From contig NC_003272.1 in NCBI RefSeq assembly GCF_000009705.1, forward strand, positions 5,610,001-5,642,000: a stretch of 32,000 nt of DNA. Direction: 5' to 3'. This stretch comes from Nostoc sp. PCC 7120 = FACHB-418 (GTDB taxonomy: Bacteria; Cyanobacteriota; Cyanobacteriia; Cyanobacteriales; Nostocaceae). The translations under genes and the position numbers were made by a program. The notes beneath the pieces are model-generated. The model was not told the DNA's origin. It did no database searches and saw only the letters and a program-made list of their open reading frames with translations. Positions 7,552 through 17,224 of this stretch are shown here, in pieces (the stretch's first letter is position 1; every line of letters begins with the position of its first letter).

Positions 7552-8550
7552 CTATTGATGGCGCTTCTGATGCCATTGCCAGGCATGGGAAACGATATCT
7601 TTGATTGATGAGTATTGGGGTTGCCAGCCAAGAATTTTTCTGGCTTTCTCACCACTACCAATGAGACTTGGGGGATCTCCAGGACGGCGATCGCATTCTT
7701 CAACGGTTATGGGTAATCCTGTGACTTGTTCACCAGCCGCAATTACTTCTCTGACTGAGAAACCTTGGCCATTACCCAAATTAAAAACTTCGCTATCTCC
7801 ACCTTTTAATAAATATTTCAATCCCAAAACGTGGGCATCGGCTAAGTCGTTAACGTGAATATAATCCCGAATACAAGTGCCATCGGGTGTGGGGTAATCA
7901 GTTCCGAAAATGGAAATAAATTTACGTTTGCCTAAGGCTGTTAGTAGTACTAAAGGAATTAAATGAGTTTCGGGGTTGTGATCCTCACCTAGCAACCCAT
8001 CAGGATTAGCACCAGCCGCATTAAAGTAACGGAAACGGACTGATTTCAAACCATAAGCCACATCAAAATCCGCCAGTATCCTTTCCACCATTAACTTAGT
8101 AGCACCATAAGGATTAATGGGGTTTTGGGGATGATCTTCGGGAATAGGAACAGTTTTTGGCACTCCATAAGTGGCACAAGTGGAAGAAAAGACAAACTTA
8201 TTAATTGAAGCAGCCAGCATCGCTTCTAATAACGTCAATGTGCCTAAAACATTATTGCGATAGTATTTGGCAGGATCACTCACAGATTCGCCTACATAAG
8301 CGTAAGCGGAAAAGTGCATTACTGCATCAAAATGGCGTGATTTAAATAACTCATCTAATAAAGGGCGATCGCCTGTATCACCCACCACCAATTCAACTTG
8401 TAAAACTTTTTCTACTAAATCACGATGTCCATAGACCAAATTATCTAGTATCACCACGTCATAACCTGCTTGCTTGAGAGCCAGGACAGTGTGCGAACCA
8501 ATATATCCTGCTCCCCCCGTTACCAAAATGCTGGGCTTTCCAGGCGACAT
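7552..8550 (-). CDS. galE: UDP-glucose 4-epimerase
   Basis: 332 aa. ILVTGGAGYIGSHTV Rossmann motif, SSTCATYG and YGATKLMVE (YxxxK), with overall GalE-like length and sequence. Confidence 0.9.
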   Translation of the reverse strand: MSPGKPSILVTGGAGYIGSHTVLALKQAGYDVVILDNLVYGHRDLVEKVLQVELVVGDTGDRPLLDELFKSRHFDAVMHFSAYAYVGESVSDPAKYYRNNVLGTLTLLEAMLAASINKFVFSSTCATYGVPKTVPIPEDHPQNPINPYGATKLMVERILADFDVAYGLKSVRFRYFNAAGANPDGLLGEDHNPETHLIPLVLLTALGKRKFISIFGTDYPTPDGTCIRDYIHVNDLADAHVLGLKYLLKGGDSEVFNLGNGQGFSVREVIAAGEQVTGLPITVEECDRRPGDPPSLIGSGEKARKILGWQPQYSSIKDIVSHAWQWHQKRHQ

Positions 8551-8847
8551 AGTTTTTCCTTTTGAGTTGACAACTACTCAATTAATTTAGCAAGAAAGGT
8601 AGAAAGTACTGTGCTGAGTAATGAGTGGTGAGTACCCAATTCCCAACCCCCAGAGTATTAATAATCTGGAAAATTATAAATATTAGACCCAGTGTGGAAA
8701 AATTGCACTAAAATCACTACGACGGTGGTCTTTTGTGTGAGGGTTGAAGTATTTTATGTCAAATGCTGCAATTACAGTTGAGGCTAAAATAAATCCACTT
8801 CGCAAAACCTCTAGGCTCACTGCAAAAGGAGATTTGAGAGTAAATCT

Positions 8848-9546
8848 ATGTTTTTACTGTTAAGCCGGGTACTGCTGTGGTTACTGATTGGTACTATCGT
8901 ATACTCACTGTTCCAGCGATTTTATCCTTCCGGCACTTTTGCTGGCAGATTAGTCTTAGTGATTGTGTTGATAGTCATAGCTTTGTCGTTCATTAATCCC
9001 AACGAACCAGCTGTGGCATCTTTGTGGCGGTTAATATCCTTTCCACTTAAGCCTTTAGGAGCATCGGTTTTGATGATGATGTTTGCTGCCCAAAAAATCA
9101 AGGGTGGTGGCATCGATAAACCCGGAGGATATCTCGTAGGCTGGGCATTGACTATTTTGCTGTTTGCAAGTACGCCAGCGATCGCCTACTTCTTAATTAG
9201 AGCGCCATTGGCAACGGGCGCAATGATTCCCAGTTATCAACTCATGTCATCTGCCCCATCAGAAACATTGGTAGCATTGGCACAACCAGCCAACCAAACA
9301 CCAGTTTCCGATATCTTGGGGGACACTATTTTACCTAGCCCAGAACTAGGACGGGCAACCATAGCTTTCAACCCTTTAAATAGCCAAATTCCCCCCTATT
9401 TGTTGCAAAATCCTCAACAAATCCAGGAACGAGGGCTACGCCTGGAAGACTTTGTACCCAGTGCTGCAACACTGCAACTGACAACACAAGTCTGGGAAAG
9501 CTACCTCAATCAAGTTTACTTTTTCTTACGTGGTCGCCAGACATAA
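8848..9546 (+). CDS. hypothetical integral membrane protein
   Basis: 232 aa with ATG start. About four N-terminal hydrophobic helices are followed by a Pro/Gln-rich soluble tail. No family was recognised. Confidence 0.6.
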   Translation: MFLLLSRVLLWLLIGTIVYSLFQRFYPSGTFAGRLVLVIVLIVIALSFINPNEPAVASLWRLISFPLKPLGASVLMMMFAAQKIKGGGIDKPGGYLVGWALTILLFASTPAIAYFLIRAPLATGAMIPSYQLMSSAPSETLVALAQPANQTPVSDILGDTILPSPELGRATIAFNPLNSQIPPYLLQNPQQIQERGLRLEDFVPSAATLQLTTQVWESYLNQVYFFLRGRQT

Positions 9547-9604
9547 GGGTAAAATAAGTATCTTGAAAAAGAGAACAGGGGCTAGGGACTAGAAAAAAGT
9601 AGAG

Positions 9605-9636
9605 GAGCAGGGGAGCAGGGGAGCAGGGGAGCAGAG
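9605..9636. repeat. 8-nt tandem repeat GAGCAGGG x3 plus a degenerate unit
   Basis: Units are GAGCAGGG, GAGCAGGG, GAGCAGGG, GAGCAGAG. The reverse complement of the same repeat occurs at 29134-29165. The flanking 9660-9750 carries CCCCAGT/CCCCAAT (STRR1-like) remnants. Confidence 0.8.
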
Positions 9637-9759
9637 GTGAAGAAATTTTACTCGGCACTCTCCACTCAACATTCTCCACTCACTAGTCCCCAATTCCCAG
9701 TCCCGTTCGGCTGACGCTCACGGCGGAAGCCCAGTCACCAAACCCCAGTCCCCCAATTC

Positions 9760-11511
9760 ATGACAAAATCTCGACGAATTACTAAACTTGCTGCTTATCT
9801 GCGTCCCCATTGGCGGGAAGCAGCATTGGGCATCCTGGCTTTGTTGTCTGTCAATGGGCTGGGTGTTTATATCCCTTGGTTAATTAGGGGTTGTGTTGAA
9901 CTACTTGCTACCAACTTTAGCTGGAATCAAATATTACGTTACGTAGTAATTATTATCTTGCTTAGTTCTGCCATGTTGCTCATCCGTATGGCTTCGCGGA
10001 TTTGGTTATTTGGAGTGGGTAGACAAGTAGAATTTGACCTTAAACAACGGATTTTTGAACATTTACTCAAGCTAGAACCAGCTTATTTTGCTACCAATAC
10101 AATTGGTGATTTAATTAGCAGAGCGACTAGTGATGTCGATAATGTCAGGCGCTTATTAGGTTTTGCGGTCTTAAGTTTGGCCAACACCCTATTTGCTTAC
10201 GTTCTTACCTTACCTGTCATGCTAAGAATTAGTGTCGATTTGACACTCGCAGCTTTGGCAGTCTATCCCTTTATGTTTGTTTTAGTTAATTTATTTAGCA
10301 ATCGTTTACGTCAAGAACAGGCAAAAGTACAAGAACAACTCTCTGACATTAGTGAGCTGATTCAAGAAGATATTAGTGGCATCGCTTTAATTAAAATTTA
10401 CGCCCAAGAAGAAAACGAGCGGCGCGCTTTTGCCCAACAAAATCAAAAGTTATTAGGGGTTAACTTGGAACTAGCCAAAAGTCGTAATATTCTGTTTCCT
10501 CTAATTGGGGGTTTAGCCAGTCTGAGTTCACTAATAGTTATTTGGTTGGGAACATCACGAATTGCGGAGGGAACCTTAGCTGTTGGCGATTTTTTGGCGC
10601 TTCTCATATACATAGAACGTCTAGTCTTTCCCACAGCGCTATTAGGTTTTACGATTTCTGCTTACCAACGGGGTGAGGTGAGTGTAGATCGTTTGGAAGC
10701 TATCCTCAGCGTAGAAGCTAAAATTCAAGATGCTGATGCAGCCATACATTTAGAATTAGGTGAGGTAAAAGGGGAATTAACCGCCAAGAATCTCAGTTAC
10801 ACTTATCCGGGTGTTGAAAACCCAGCTTTGAACAAAGTTAACTTTACTATTGCTCCTGGGGAAACTGTGGCGATTGTAGGAGCAATCGGTTCTGGTAAGT
10901 CTACCTTAGCTAATGCCTTGCCCAGATTGTTGGAAGTTGCTCCAGGACAATTGTTTTTAGATGGGCAGGATATTACTCAGATAGCTTTGGCCGATTTACG
11001 TAGTGCGATCGCTTATGTTCCTCAAGATAGCTTTTTATTTAGTACCACAATTAAAAATAATATCCGCTATAGCGATCCTGTCAGTCCCCCAGAAAATGTA
11101 GAGTATGTTGCTAAACTAGCTCAAATCCATCCCGAAATTATTAATTTTCCCCAACAGTATGAAACTATCGTGGGAGAACGTGGTATTACCCTTTCTGGCG
11201 GTCAAAGACAACGTACTGCACTAGCTAGAGCAATGTTAGTTAATGCTCCAGTCTTAATCTTGGATGATGCCCTCTCTAGTGTGGATAATCAAACAGCTAC
11301 ACAAATTCTCAATAATCTATCTAGTGGTACTGAACGTAAGACTGTAGTTTTTATCACTCATCAACTTTCGGCGGCGGCAGCAGCAGACCGGATTTTTGTC
11401 ATGGATAAAGGGCAAATTGTCCAGGTGGGTAATCACTTGGAACTCTTGCAGCAAGCAGGTCTTTACCGGAAATTGTGGAGCCAGCATCAGGTGGCAGAAT
11501 TACTAAGTTAG
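9760..11511 (+). CDS. ABC exporter half-transporter (fused permease plus ATPase, MsbA/MdlB type)
   Basis: 583 aa with six N-terminal TM helices. Walker A GAIGSGKST, Q-loop VPQDSFLF, signature LSGGQRQR, Walker B VLILDD (Asp where the catalytic Glu is usual), H-loop FITHQL. Confidence 0.9.
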   Translation: MTKSRRITKLAAYLRPHWREAALGILALLSVNGLGVYIPWLIRGCVELLATNFSWNQILRYVVIIILLSSAMLLIRMASRIWLFGVGRQVEFDLKQRIFEHLLKLEPAYFATNTIGDLISRATSDVDNVRRLLGFAVLSLANTLFAYVLTLPVMLRISVDLTLAALAVYPFMFVLVNLFSNRLRQEQAKVQEQLSDISELIQEDISGIALIKIYAQEENERRAFAQQNQKLLGVNLELAKSRNILFPLIGGLASLSSLIVIWLGTSRIAEGTLAVGDFLALLIYIERLVFPTALLGFTISAYQRGEVSVDRLEAILSVEAKIQDADAAIHLELGEVKGELTAKNLSYTYPGVENPALNKVNFTIAPGETVAIVGAIGSGKSTLANALPRLLEVAPGQLFLDGQDITQIALADLRSAIAYVPQDSFLFSTTIKNNIRYSDPVSPPENVEYVAKLAQIHPEIINFPQQYETIVGERGITLSGGQRQRTALARAMLVNAPVLILDDALSSVDNQTATQILNNLSSGTERKTVVFITHQLSAAAAADRIFVMDKGQIVQVGNHLELLQQAGLYRKLWSQHQVAELLS

Positions 11512-11595
11512 TAATTTCTCTGTAGCATCTTTATTTACAAAATTTTATACTTGCCATGTAAATTATCGTAGTGAAGTATACTTTGGCAGTATTTA

Positions 11596-13002
11596 ATGTT
11601 AGAATTTATACATAATATTTTTGCAGATAATTTATTTATCCCCCACGGCCATTGCTACCTGTGGCAGCCTGGATTAGTTTGGTTACATTTACTTTCAGAT
11701 TTTCTCATCGCTGTTGCCTATTATTCCATCCCCATCACTCTGATTTATTTTGTGCGTAAGCGACAAGATTTGCCTTTTAAATGGATATTCCTACTATTTG
11801 GGGCGTTCATTATCTCTTGTGCTACGTCCCATGTGATGGAAATCTGGACACTTTGGCATCCAACCTATTGGTTGTCTGGTTTCATGAAGGCAATCACCGC
11901 TTTTATTTCTATATATACAGCCATTGTCCTTGTACCCATAGTTCCTCAATTATTAGCTTTACCTAGTCCCGCACAATTAGAAGCTGCTAACAACCAACTC
12001 AAAATCGAAATCATCGAGCGCAAAACAGCAGAAGCAGCTCTTTTACAAATTAAAGCAGACTTAGAAAATAGAGTTGAGGAACGCACCAATCAGTTACAGC
12101 AAAGTATGTTGGCATCTTTGGCTACAGCTGCTAAAGCTAAAGACCAGGCAGAAAAACTGCAAGTCGCTTTGAACGATTTGGCTAACGCTCAAGTCCAACT
12201 GATTCAAACAGAAAAAATGTCTTCTTTGGGTCAATTAGTTGCGGGTATTGCCCATGAAATTAATAACCCAGTTAATTTTATCTACGGTAATATTCATTTC
12301 ATCTATGAATATACCAAAGATTTGTGGCAACTAATTATTCTTTATCAGCAATGCTATCCTGAACCTGCTTGGGAAATTGCAGCTTATACACAAGAAATTG
12401 ATCTTGATTTTGTACAAAATGATTTTGCAAAAATTTTAGCCTCTATCAAGAATGGAGCCGAGCGCATTCGGGAAATAGTTTTATCTTTACGCAATTTTTC
12501 TCGCTTGGATGAAGCGGAAATTAAACAAGTAGATATTCATGAAGGTATTGATAATACAATATTGCTCCTAAAAAACCGCTTAAAAGGTCAGGGCAAACAT
12601 CCAGATATTGAAGTCGTTAGAGAATACAATAACTTACCTCTAGTCGAGTGCTATCCTGGGCAACTGAATCAAGTATTTATGAATATCCTGACCAATGCTA
12701 TTGAAGCAGCAAAGGAATCAGTGAACAATCCGCTAATTCGGATTCAGACTGAGGCTCTAGATAGCGATCAAGTGATGATTCAGATTTCTGATAACGGTTG
12801 TGGTATGACGGAGGAGATAAGAAATAAAATTTTTGATCCTTTCTTCACAACTAAACCTATTGGTTCAGGCACGGGTCTAGGGATGTCAATTAGCTATCAA
12901 ATTATAGATAAGCATGGTGGAACCCTAAAGTGTGTTTCTGCTCCCAATGAAGGGACTGAGTTTATCATTTACATCCCAACTCGCCTCAAGTCTTCTATAT
13001 AA
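11596..13002 (+). CDS. sensor histidine kinase with N-terminal ETR1-type ethylene-binding (Cu-dependent) transmembrane domain
   Basis: Residues about 30-120, LLSDFLIAVAYYSIPITLIYFVRKRQDLPFKWIFLLFGAFIISCATSHVMEIWTL, align closely with Arabidopsis ETR1 [54 protein letters not shown] as I recall it. This includes the Cys (11818-11820) and His (11830-11832) equivalent to ETR1 C65/H69. A coiled coil follows, then H-box AHEINNP, N-box NILTNAIEA, G1 DNGCGM and G2 GSGTGLGMS. Confidence 0.85.
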   Translation: MLEFIHNIFADNLFIPHGHCYLWQPGLVWLHLLSDFLIAVAYYSIPITLIYFVRKRQDLPFKWIFLLFGAFIISCATSHVMEIWTLWHPTYWLSGFMKAITAFISIYTAIVLVPIVPQLLALPSPAQLEAANNQLKIEIIERKTAEAALLQIKADLENRVEERTNQLQQSMLASLATAAKAKDQAEKLQVALNDLANAQVQLIQTEKMSSLGQLVAGIAHEINNPVNFIYGNIHFIYEYTKDLWQLIILYQQCYPEPAWEIAAYTQEIDLDFVQNDFAKILASIKNGAERIREIVLSLRNFSRLDEAEIKQVDIHEGIDNTILLLKNRLKGQGKHPDIEVVREYNNLPLVECYPGQLNQVFMNILTNAIEAAKESVNNPLIRIQTEALDSDQVMIQISDNGCGMTEEIRNKIFDPFFTTKPIGSGTGLGMSISYQIIDKHGGTLKCVSAPNEGTEFIIYIPTRLKSSI

Positions 13003-13137
13003 GAATCCAGTTTCAGTTGTCAGGTGTTAACAGAAGAGACTTTATATACAACGTCTGTACCCCTGTTTCCCATGAGATGTTAGTTGTTTTGATTGCCAGG
13101 GAAGTATAAGGTATCAAAAAACTACTTGTGCATCTTT

Positions 13138-13788
13138 ATGTTAACTACATCCATACCTACTGCTGTCAGAAAGTTACAGCATCGTCACCTGGGAGCGATC
13201 GCAGCTTTAATACTAATTAGTTTATTAAGCTCTGTAAGTGGATTATCTCTGCATCATCAAATAACTAATGGCTGGGATGGTTTTTTATGGGGTGTGGCTG
13301 ATCCGGTGCTGCACCTCGACAGTTTAGCAAGGATCTTAGGCATTGGCTTAATCTCAACAGGCATTGTTCATGGTTCATTCATCACCATGTCTTTTGTCTT
13401 AGCATCCATACTGGGCATACTTACACATTTATCGACGTTCCATTTACCAGGTGCAGAAATAGCGATCGCCATTTTTACTATTGGCTTTGGTGCTATGTTA
13501 GTCATGCCCTATCGACCTAACTGGCTGGTTGTAGTGATCTTGGGAGCGATCGCTGGTTTGTTGCAAGGCTACGTTTCTGGACAAGCTATCAACGGGATTG
13601 ATATCATCTCCCTGCTTACCTATACTTTAGGCTTCGGTTTAACTCAGTATGCAATCGCCACTAGCACCAGACGACTAGTTAGCGATAGTCTATCCACCAT
13701 TGTTCGTTTTGTAGGTTTTGCTTTTATAGCGATCGGTTTTGTATTTTGCGGTAACTTCATCAATTTTTTAGGGGCTGGTAATTTTTAA
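13138..13788 (+). CDS. HupE/UreJ-like membrane protein (putative metal transporter) with an atypical signature
   Basis: Polytopic, about 216 aa from ATG 13138; the track's 13093 start is a TTG. GFLWGVADPVLHLDSLARILGIGL corresponds to the HupE/UreJ motif GFxHPxxGxDHLLAML, but the canonical His residues are shifted or replaced. Confidence 0.6.
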   Translation: MLTTSIPTAVRKLQHRHLGAIAALILISLLSSVSGLSLHHQITNGWDGFLWGVADPVLHLDSLARILGIGLISTGIVHGSFITMSFVLASILGILTHLSTFHLPGAEIAIAIFTIGFGAMLVMPYRPNWLVVVILGAIAGLLQGYVSGQAINGIDIISLLTYTLGFGLTQYAIATSTRRLVSDSLSTIVRFVGFAFIAIGFVFCGNFINFLGAGNF

Positions 13789-14028
13789 CATATCTCACGG
13801 GGTGCAATCTTCGCGCCCCTACTAGTCCATCGAATCGTCATTTCCAACTATTAATATTAAAGTTTAGAGAAATTGGATTATATGTAACCTGTACTCTGTT
13901 AAGATTCACCATTGGGGTATTCGCTATCAGTCTTGGCGCTACTGCCCATCCCGCCCCTCAAACCTTTGTCCGTCCGCCTAAGACTGATACCGCTACTGGT
14001 GACAGGCCGATGTTATATCTGGAGTTCT

Positions 14029-15309
14029 ATGTCTTTTTCTCATCTCGGCTTGTCCAATGAAATTATCAATGCTGTTACTGAGTTGGGGTACACCAAACCC
14101 ACACCCATCCAGATGCAGTCTATTCCTGCTGTCTTATCAGGACGAGATTTGCTAGCTGGCGCTCAAACTGGAACTGGGAAAACTGCCAGCTTTACTCTCC
14201 CCCTCCTACATTTATTATCCCAAGATAGTCTTAAAAGCGCCTCCAATGCTTCCTCACCCATTCGGGCGCTAATTCTTACCCCGACTCGTGAACTCGCCGC
14301 ACAGGTGGAGTCAAGCGTGCGTGACTACGGCAAGTACTTGAAGCTGAACTCAATGGTGATGTTTGGTGGAGTCAGCATTAATCCCCAAAAACAGCGTTTA
14401 AAGGGTCGTGTAGATATTCTGGTTGCTACCCCAGGGCGACTGCTAGACCATGTGCAGCAGGGAACGGTAAACCTTTCACAGATTGAGATTCTGGTGCTGG
14501 ATGAAGCCGACCGGATGTTGGATATGGGCTTTATTCGTGATATCCGTCGTATCCTCTCCCTGTTGCCCAAACAGCGACAAAACTTGCTATTCTTCGCTAC
14601 ATTCTCAGACAAAATCAAGGAACTCGCCGCCGGTCTACTGAATCGCCCGCAGATGATCGAAGTAGCACGCCGTAACGTTACAGCCGATACTGTGACACAA
14701 AAAGTCTACAAAATAGAGCGCGATAGAAAACGAGATTTACTGGCTCACCTGATTCGGAAAGATAATTGGTATCAAGTACTAGTATTTACTCGTACCAAGT
14801 ATGGTGCTGACCGTCTAGTTAAACAATTAGGCCATGAGCGCATTCAAGCTCTAGCTATCCACGGTAATAAGAGCCAGTCGGCGCGTACCCACGCTCTGGC
14901 AAAGTTCAAAAATGGTAGTTTACAAGTTTTAGTAGCAACTGACATTGCTGCACGAGGACTGGACATCAGCGAATTGCCTTATGTGGTCAATTTCGATTTG
15001 CCCTATGTACCAGAAGATTATGTTCATCGTATTGGTCGCACTGGTCGCGCTGGTGCATCAGGTGAGGCTGTATCGCTGGTGAGCGCCGATGAATATCATT
15101 TGTTGGCAGATATTGAAAAACTGATTGAAAAGCGATTGCCTTTTGAATTGGTAGCGGGTATTGGAGCTAATTCCCAAGCTAAACCCGAACCAACTCAGGA
15201 TGAACGCAAGCAAAAACCCAAAGATAGTCAGCATCAGCCTCGCTCTGCTGCTCAAGGTGTGCCAAAGAAATCAGGGAAAAAACGTTTAACTAATTCTGGA
15301 AAAAGGTAA
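14029..15309 (+). CDS. DEAD-box ATP-dependent RNA helicase (RhlE/CrhR-like) with a basic C-terminal tail
   Basis: Q-motif GYTKPTPIQ, motif I AQTGTGKT, Ia [30 protein letters not shown] at 14021-14024 precedes ATG 14029 (MSFSHLGLS...). The track's TTG start at 13912 adds a non-helicase 39-aa extension. Confidence 0.92.
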   Translation: MSFSHLGLSNEIINAVTELGYTKPTPIQMQSIPAVLSGRDLLAGAQTGTGKTASFTLPLLHLLSQDSLKSASNASSPIRALILTPTRELAAQVESSVRDYGKYLKLNSMVMFGGVSINPQKQRLKGRVDILVATPGRLLDHVQQGTVNLSQIEILVLDEADRMLDMGFIRDIRRILSLLPKQRQNLLFFATFSDKIKELAAGLLNRPQMIEVARRNVTADTVTQKVYKIERDRKRDLLAHLIRKDNWYQVLVFTRTKYGADRLVKQLGHERIQALAIHGNKSQSARTHALAKFKNGSLQVLVATDIAARGLDISELPYVVNFDLPYVPEDYVHRIGRTGRAGASGEAVSLVSADEYHLLADIEKLIEKRLPFELVAGIGANSQAKPEPTQDERKQKPKDSQHQPRSAAQGVPKKSGKKRLTNSGKR

Positions 15310-15333
15310 TACGTACAAAAGAAAGTATGAAAA

Positions 15334-15360
15334 ACTCTACCCACAAGGGGGTAGAGTTTT
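15334..15360. terminator. hairpin terminator between the convergent helicase and sugar-transferase genes
   Basis: ACTCTACCC (15334-15342) pairs with GGGTAGAGT (15349-15357). It is flanked by AAAA upstream and TTTT downstream, so it could act in both directions. Confidence 0.7.
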
Positions 15361-15381
15361 CGGTAATGGGTAATGGGTAAT
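15361..15381. repeat. 7-nt tandem repeat GGGTAAT, about 3 units
   Basis: The sequence is CGGTAAT GGGTAAT GGGTAAT, the same unit as the array at 29066-29100. Confidence 0.8.
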
Positions 15382-15425
15382 TTATGAGAGCCAAGATTAC
15401 TCAATCGTTAGTATGAGCGATCGCT

Positions 15426-16103
15426 TTAGAAGGCTCCGACTCTAGCGACGATAACGTAAATTGTTTTACCAATCAGTAGGAGGTCGTATAGAGGATGCCA
15501 ATTATTTTGATATTGCAAATCTAAATCTACTATCTGTTCAAAGTCTTTCACATGAGAGCGTCCGTTAACTTGCCATTCGCCGGTTAAGCCAGGCTTGACG
15601 TTTAATCTTTGCCAGTGGCGGTCGTTATATTTGGCTACTTCATCAGCAGTGGGTGGACGTGTTCCGACTAAACTCATGTCACCCATGAGGACGTTCCAGA
15701 ATTGGGGTAGTTCATCTAAGCTAGTGCTACGCAATAAACGCCCCACTTTAGTTACACGAAAATCGTTTTTATTTTTAAAGATCAGTCCGTCTGCTTCGTT
15801 ATCTACTAAGGTTTTCAGTCTCTCCGCGTCATTCACCATCGAGCGAAACTTCCAAATGTGGAAGGGACGACCCCGAAGACCATAGCGCTCTTGAGAAAAG
15901 AAAATTGGGCCTGGACTATCGAGCTTGATAGCGATCGCAATTGGTAAGAATGCGATCGCTAAAATTCCCAATCCCACTAAGCTGCCTAAAATATCTAAAC
16001 AACGTTTGAACTTAGATTGCGCTGAGGGATGCGGCATAAGCCCGAACTCCCAATCCTTATAAGTAGTACCTTGCAAGACGCTTTGTAATTGTGTTTGATA
16101 CAT
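15426..16103 (-). CDS. undecaprenyl-phosphate sugar phosphotransferase (bacterial sugar transferase, WbaP/ExoY C-terminal type)
   Basis: One TM helix, then SPGPIFFSQERYGLRGRPFHIWKFRSM...DELPQFWNVLMGDMSLVGTRPP, characteristic of PF02397-type transferases. ATG 16103 (MYQTQ...) is preferred over the track's GTG 16157. Confidence 0.85.
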   Translation of the reverse strand: MYQTQLQSVLQGTTYKDWEFGLMPHPSAQSKFKRCLDILGSLVGLGILAIAFLPIAIAIKLDSPGPIFFSQERYGLRGRPFHIWKFRSMVNDAERLKTLVDNEADGLIFKNKNDFRVTKVGRLLRSTSLDELPQFWNVLMGDMSLVGTRPPTADEVAKYNDRHWQRLNVKPGLTGEWQVNGRSHVKDFEQIVDLDLQYQNNWHPLYDLLLIGKTIYVIVARVGAF

Positions 16104-16656
16104 GGTACGTTTTCTAGCCGAATGCCTAACAGAAAGGGTAAGAACACTGAGTTTCACTCAAAATATAAACTCATCTTCATCAAAGACTCGGACATTTTAC
16201 GGTATATTTACGTAATCTTCATCAACATTCTGGGGATCATGAAGTTTTATAAATTTAAAATAAAGAGAAATAAATATTTCATGAGGAGGATGGTTAAAAC
16301 ACAATAATATGTATTAAAAATGCCTATAGTCGCAAATAATGTTACCAGGCGATCGTATGAGTGAAAAATCTCAACTTCATCTGATAAAAATTAAGTCCAG
16401 ATAGACATCCCTAAGCAAGGATTCTCTTACCAAGATCAAATGCAGGTGACAGATACAAGGTAAAGCAATTAAACTAGCTCAACTATCATTGAAGTTGCAA
16501 AAATTCTTCTACCATTTGCCAGAAGCAGCTATCAATAAAATCATCAATAGTATGAAAAGAGCATTTATATAAAGCTGTATTTGTTCGACTAGATTAGTCA
16601 ATTATTAATATCCATAAATTACTAAAATTCTCTCTTACAATCGGGGTAGTCAAGAA

Positions 16657-16962
16657 ATGGTTGCATCTGGAGTCGAGGTAAAAATTAGTCGTCTAGAGTC
16701 CATTGTGGAGCAAATAGGGGAAGCAGTATTATCTACTACTGAAACCATTGAACGTCTGGCAGAAAGAGTGGAAAATCTGAGTTGCCAAGTAGAAGCACAA
16801 GGAAAACAACTACAGCAACAGGGATATCAAATTTTTGCATTGTGTGATGCAGTGCAGAGCCTCGCTGAATCTCAAGATGATTCCTTACAAAAACTCACAC
16901 AACTAACACAAACTTTAGATAGACTGACTTCTTTAATTCAAGGAGAGGATGAAGAGATGTGA
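16657..16962 (+). CDS. hypothetical acidic coiled-coil protein, 101 aa
   Basis: ATG start and heptad-like Leu/Gln/Glu-rich sequence. It stands isolated in a roughly 1.2-kb AT-rich gap. No family was recognised. Confidence 0.45.
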   Translation: MVASGVEVKISRLESIVEQIGEAVLSTTETIERLAERVENLSCQVEAQGKQLQQQGYQIFALCDAVQSLAESQDDSLQKLTQLTQTLDRLTSLIQGEDEEM

Positions 16963-17001
16963 GAAATAATTGCTAAATCTTTCAACAGAGATACGAACAC
17001 A

Positions 17002-17023
17002 GAGACAAAATATCTTTTGTCTC
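17002..17023 (+). terminator. hairpin downstream of the 16657-16962 ORF
   Basis: GAGACAAAA (17002-17010), loop TATC, TTTTGTCTC (17015-17023). No clean T-run follows, so this is a weak call. Confidence 0.3.
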
Positions 17024-17224
17024 CACATTCATCTTTCATCTTTATAGGAAGTTTTAGCGTTGCAGAGTTGTGGAATACATGAAAATTTTAGCCAGTAGCA
17101 GCGCATCTGTATCTTAATTTATGATATTAATTTTCAGGACAGACGCGCTATTACAGAACTTTTTTAACCTTGGACTCCTATTGTATGTAAGGGACTTCCA
17201 GATAAAAAATATCCAAAATGTAGC

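Noticed and set aside
7521-7703. 60-aa minus-strand ORF overlapping the galE 3' end
   Set aside because: It is in a different frame from a well-supported galE and begins within the heptamer repeat and palindrome region, so it is an artefact.
9760-11511. ABC exporters in the window (9760-11511, 27279-30939) as the dedicated exporter/peptidase for the double-glycine peptide
   Set aside because: All start directly with the TMD and are about 580-600 aa. None has an N-terminal C39 Cys-peptidase domain, and they lie 7-27 kb away on unrelated transcription units.
13912-14028. TTG-initiated 39-aa N-terminal extension of the DEAD-box helicase ORF
   Set aside because: The extension has no helicase homology. 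ATG 14029 has a GGAG SD and yields the usual distance to the Q-motif.
16089-16307. 72-aa plus-strand ORF in the AT-rich gap upstream of the sugar transferase
   Set aside because: The translation is Lys/Ile/Phe-rich and low-complexity, driven by AT-rich sequence. It partly overlaps the transferase 5' end and has no SD or motif.
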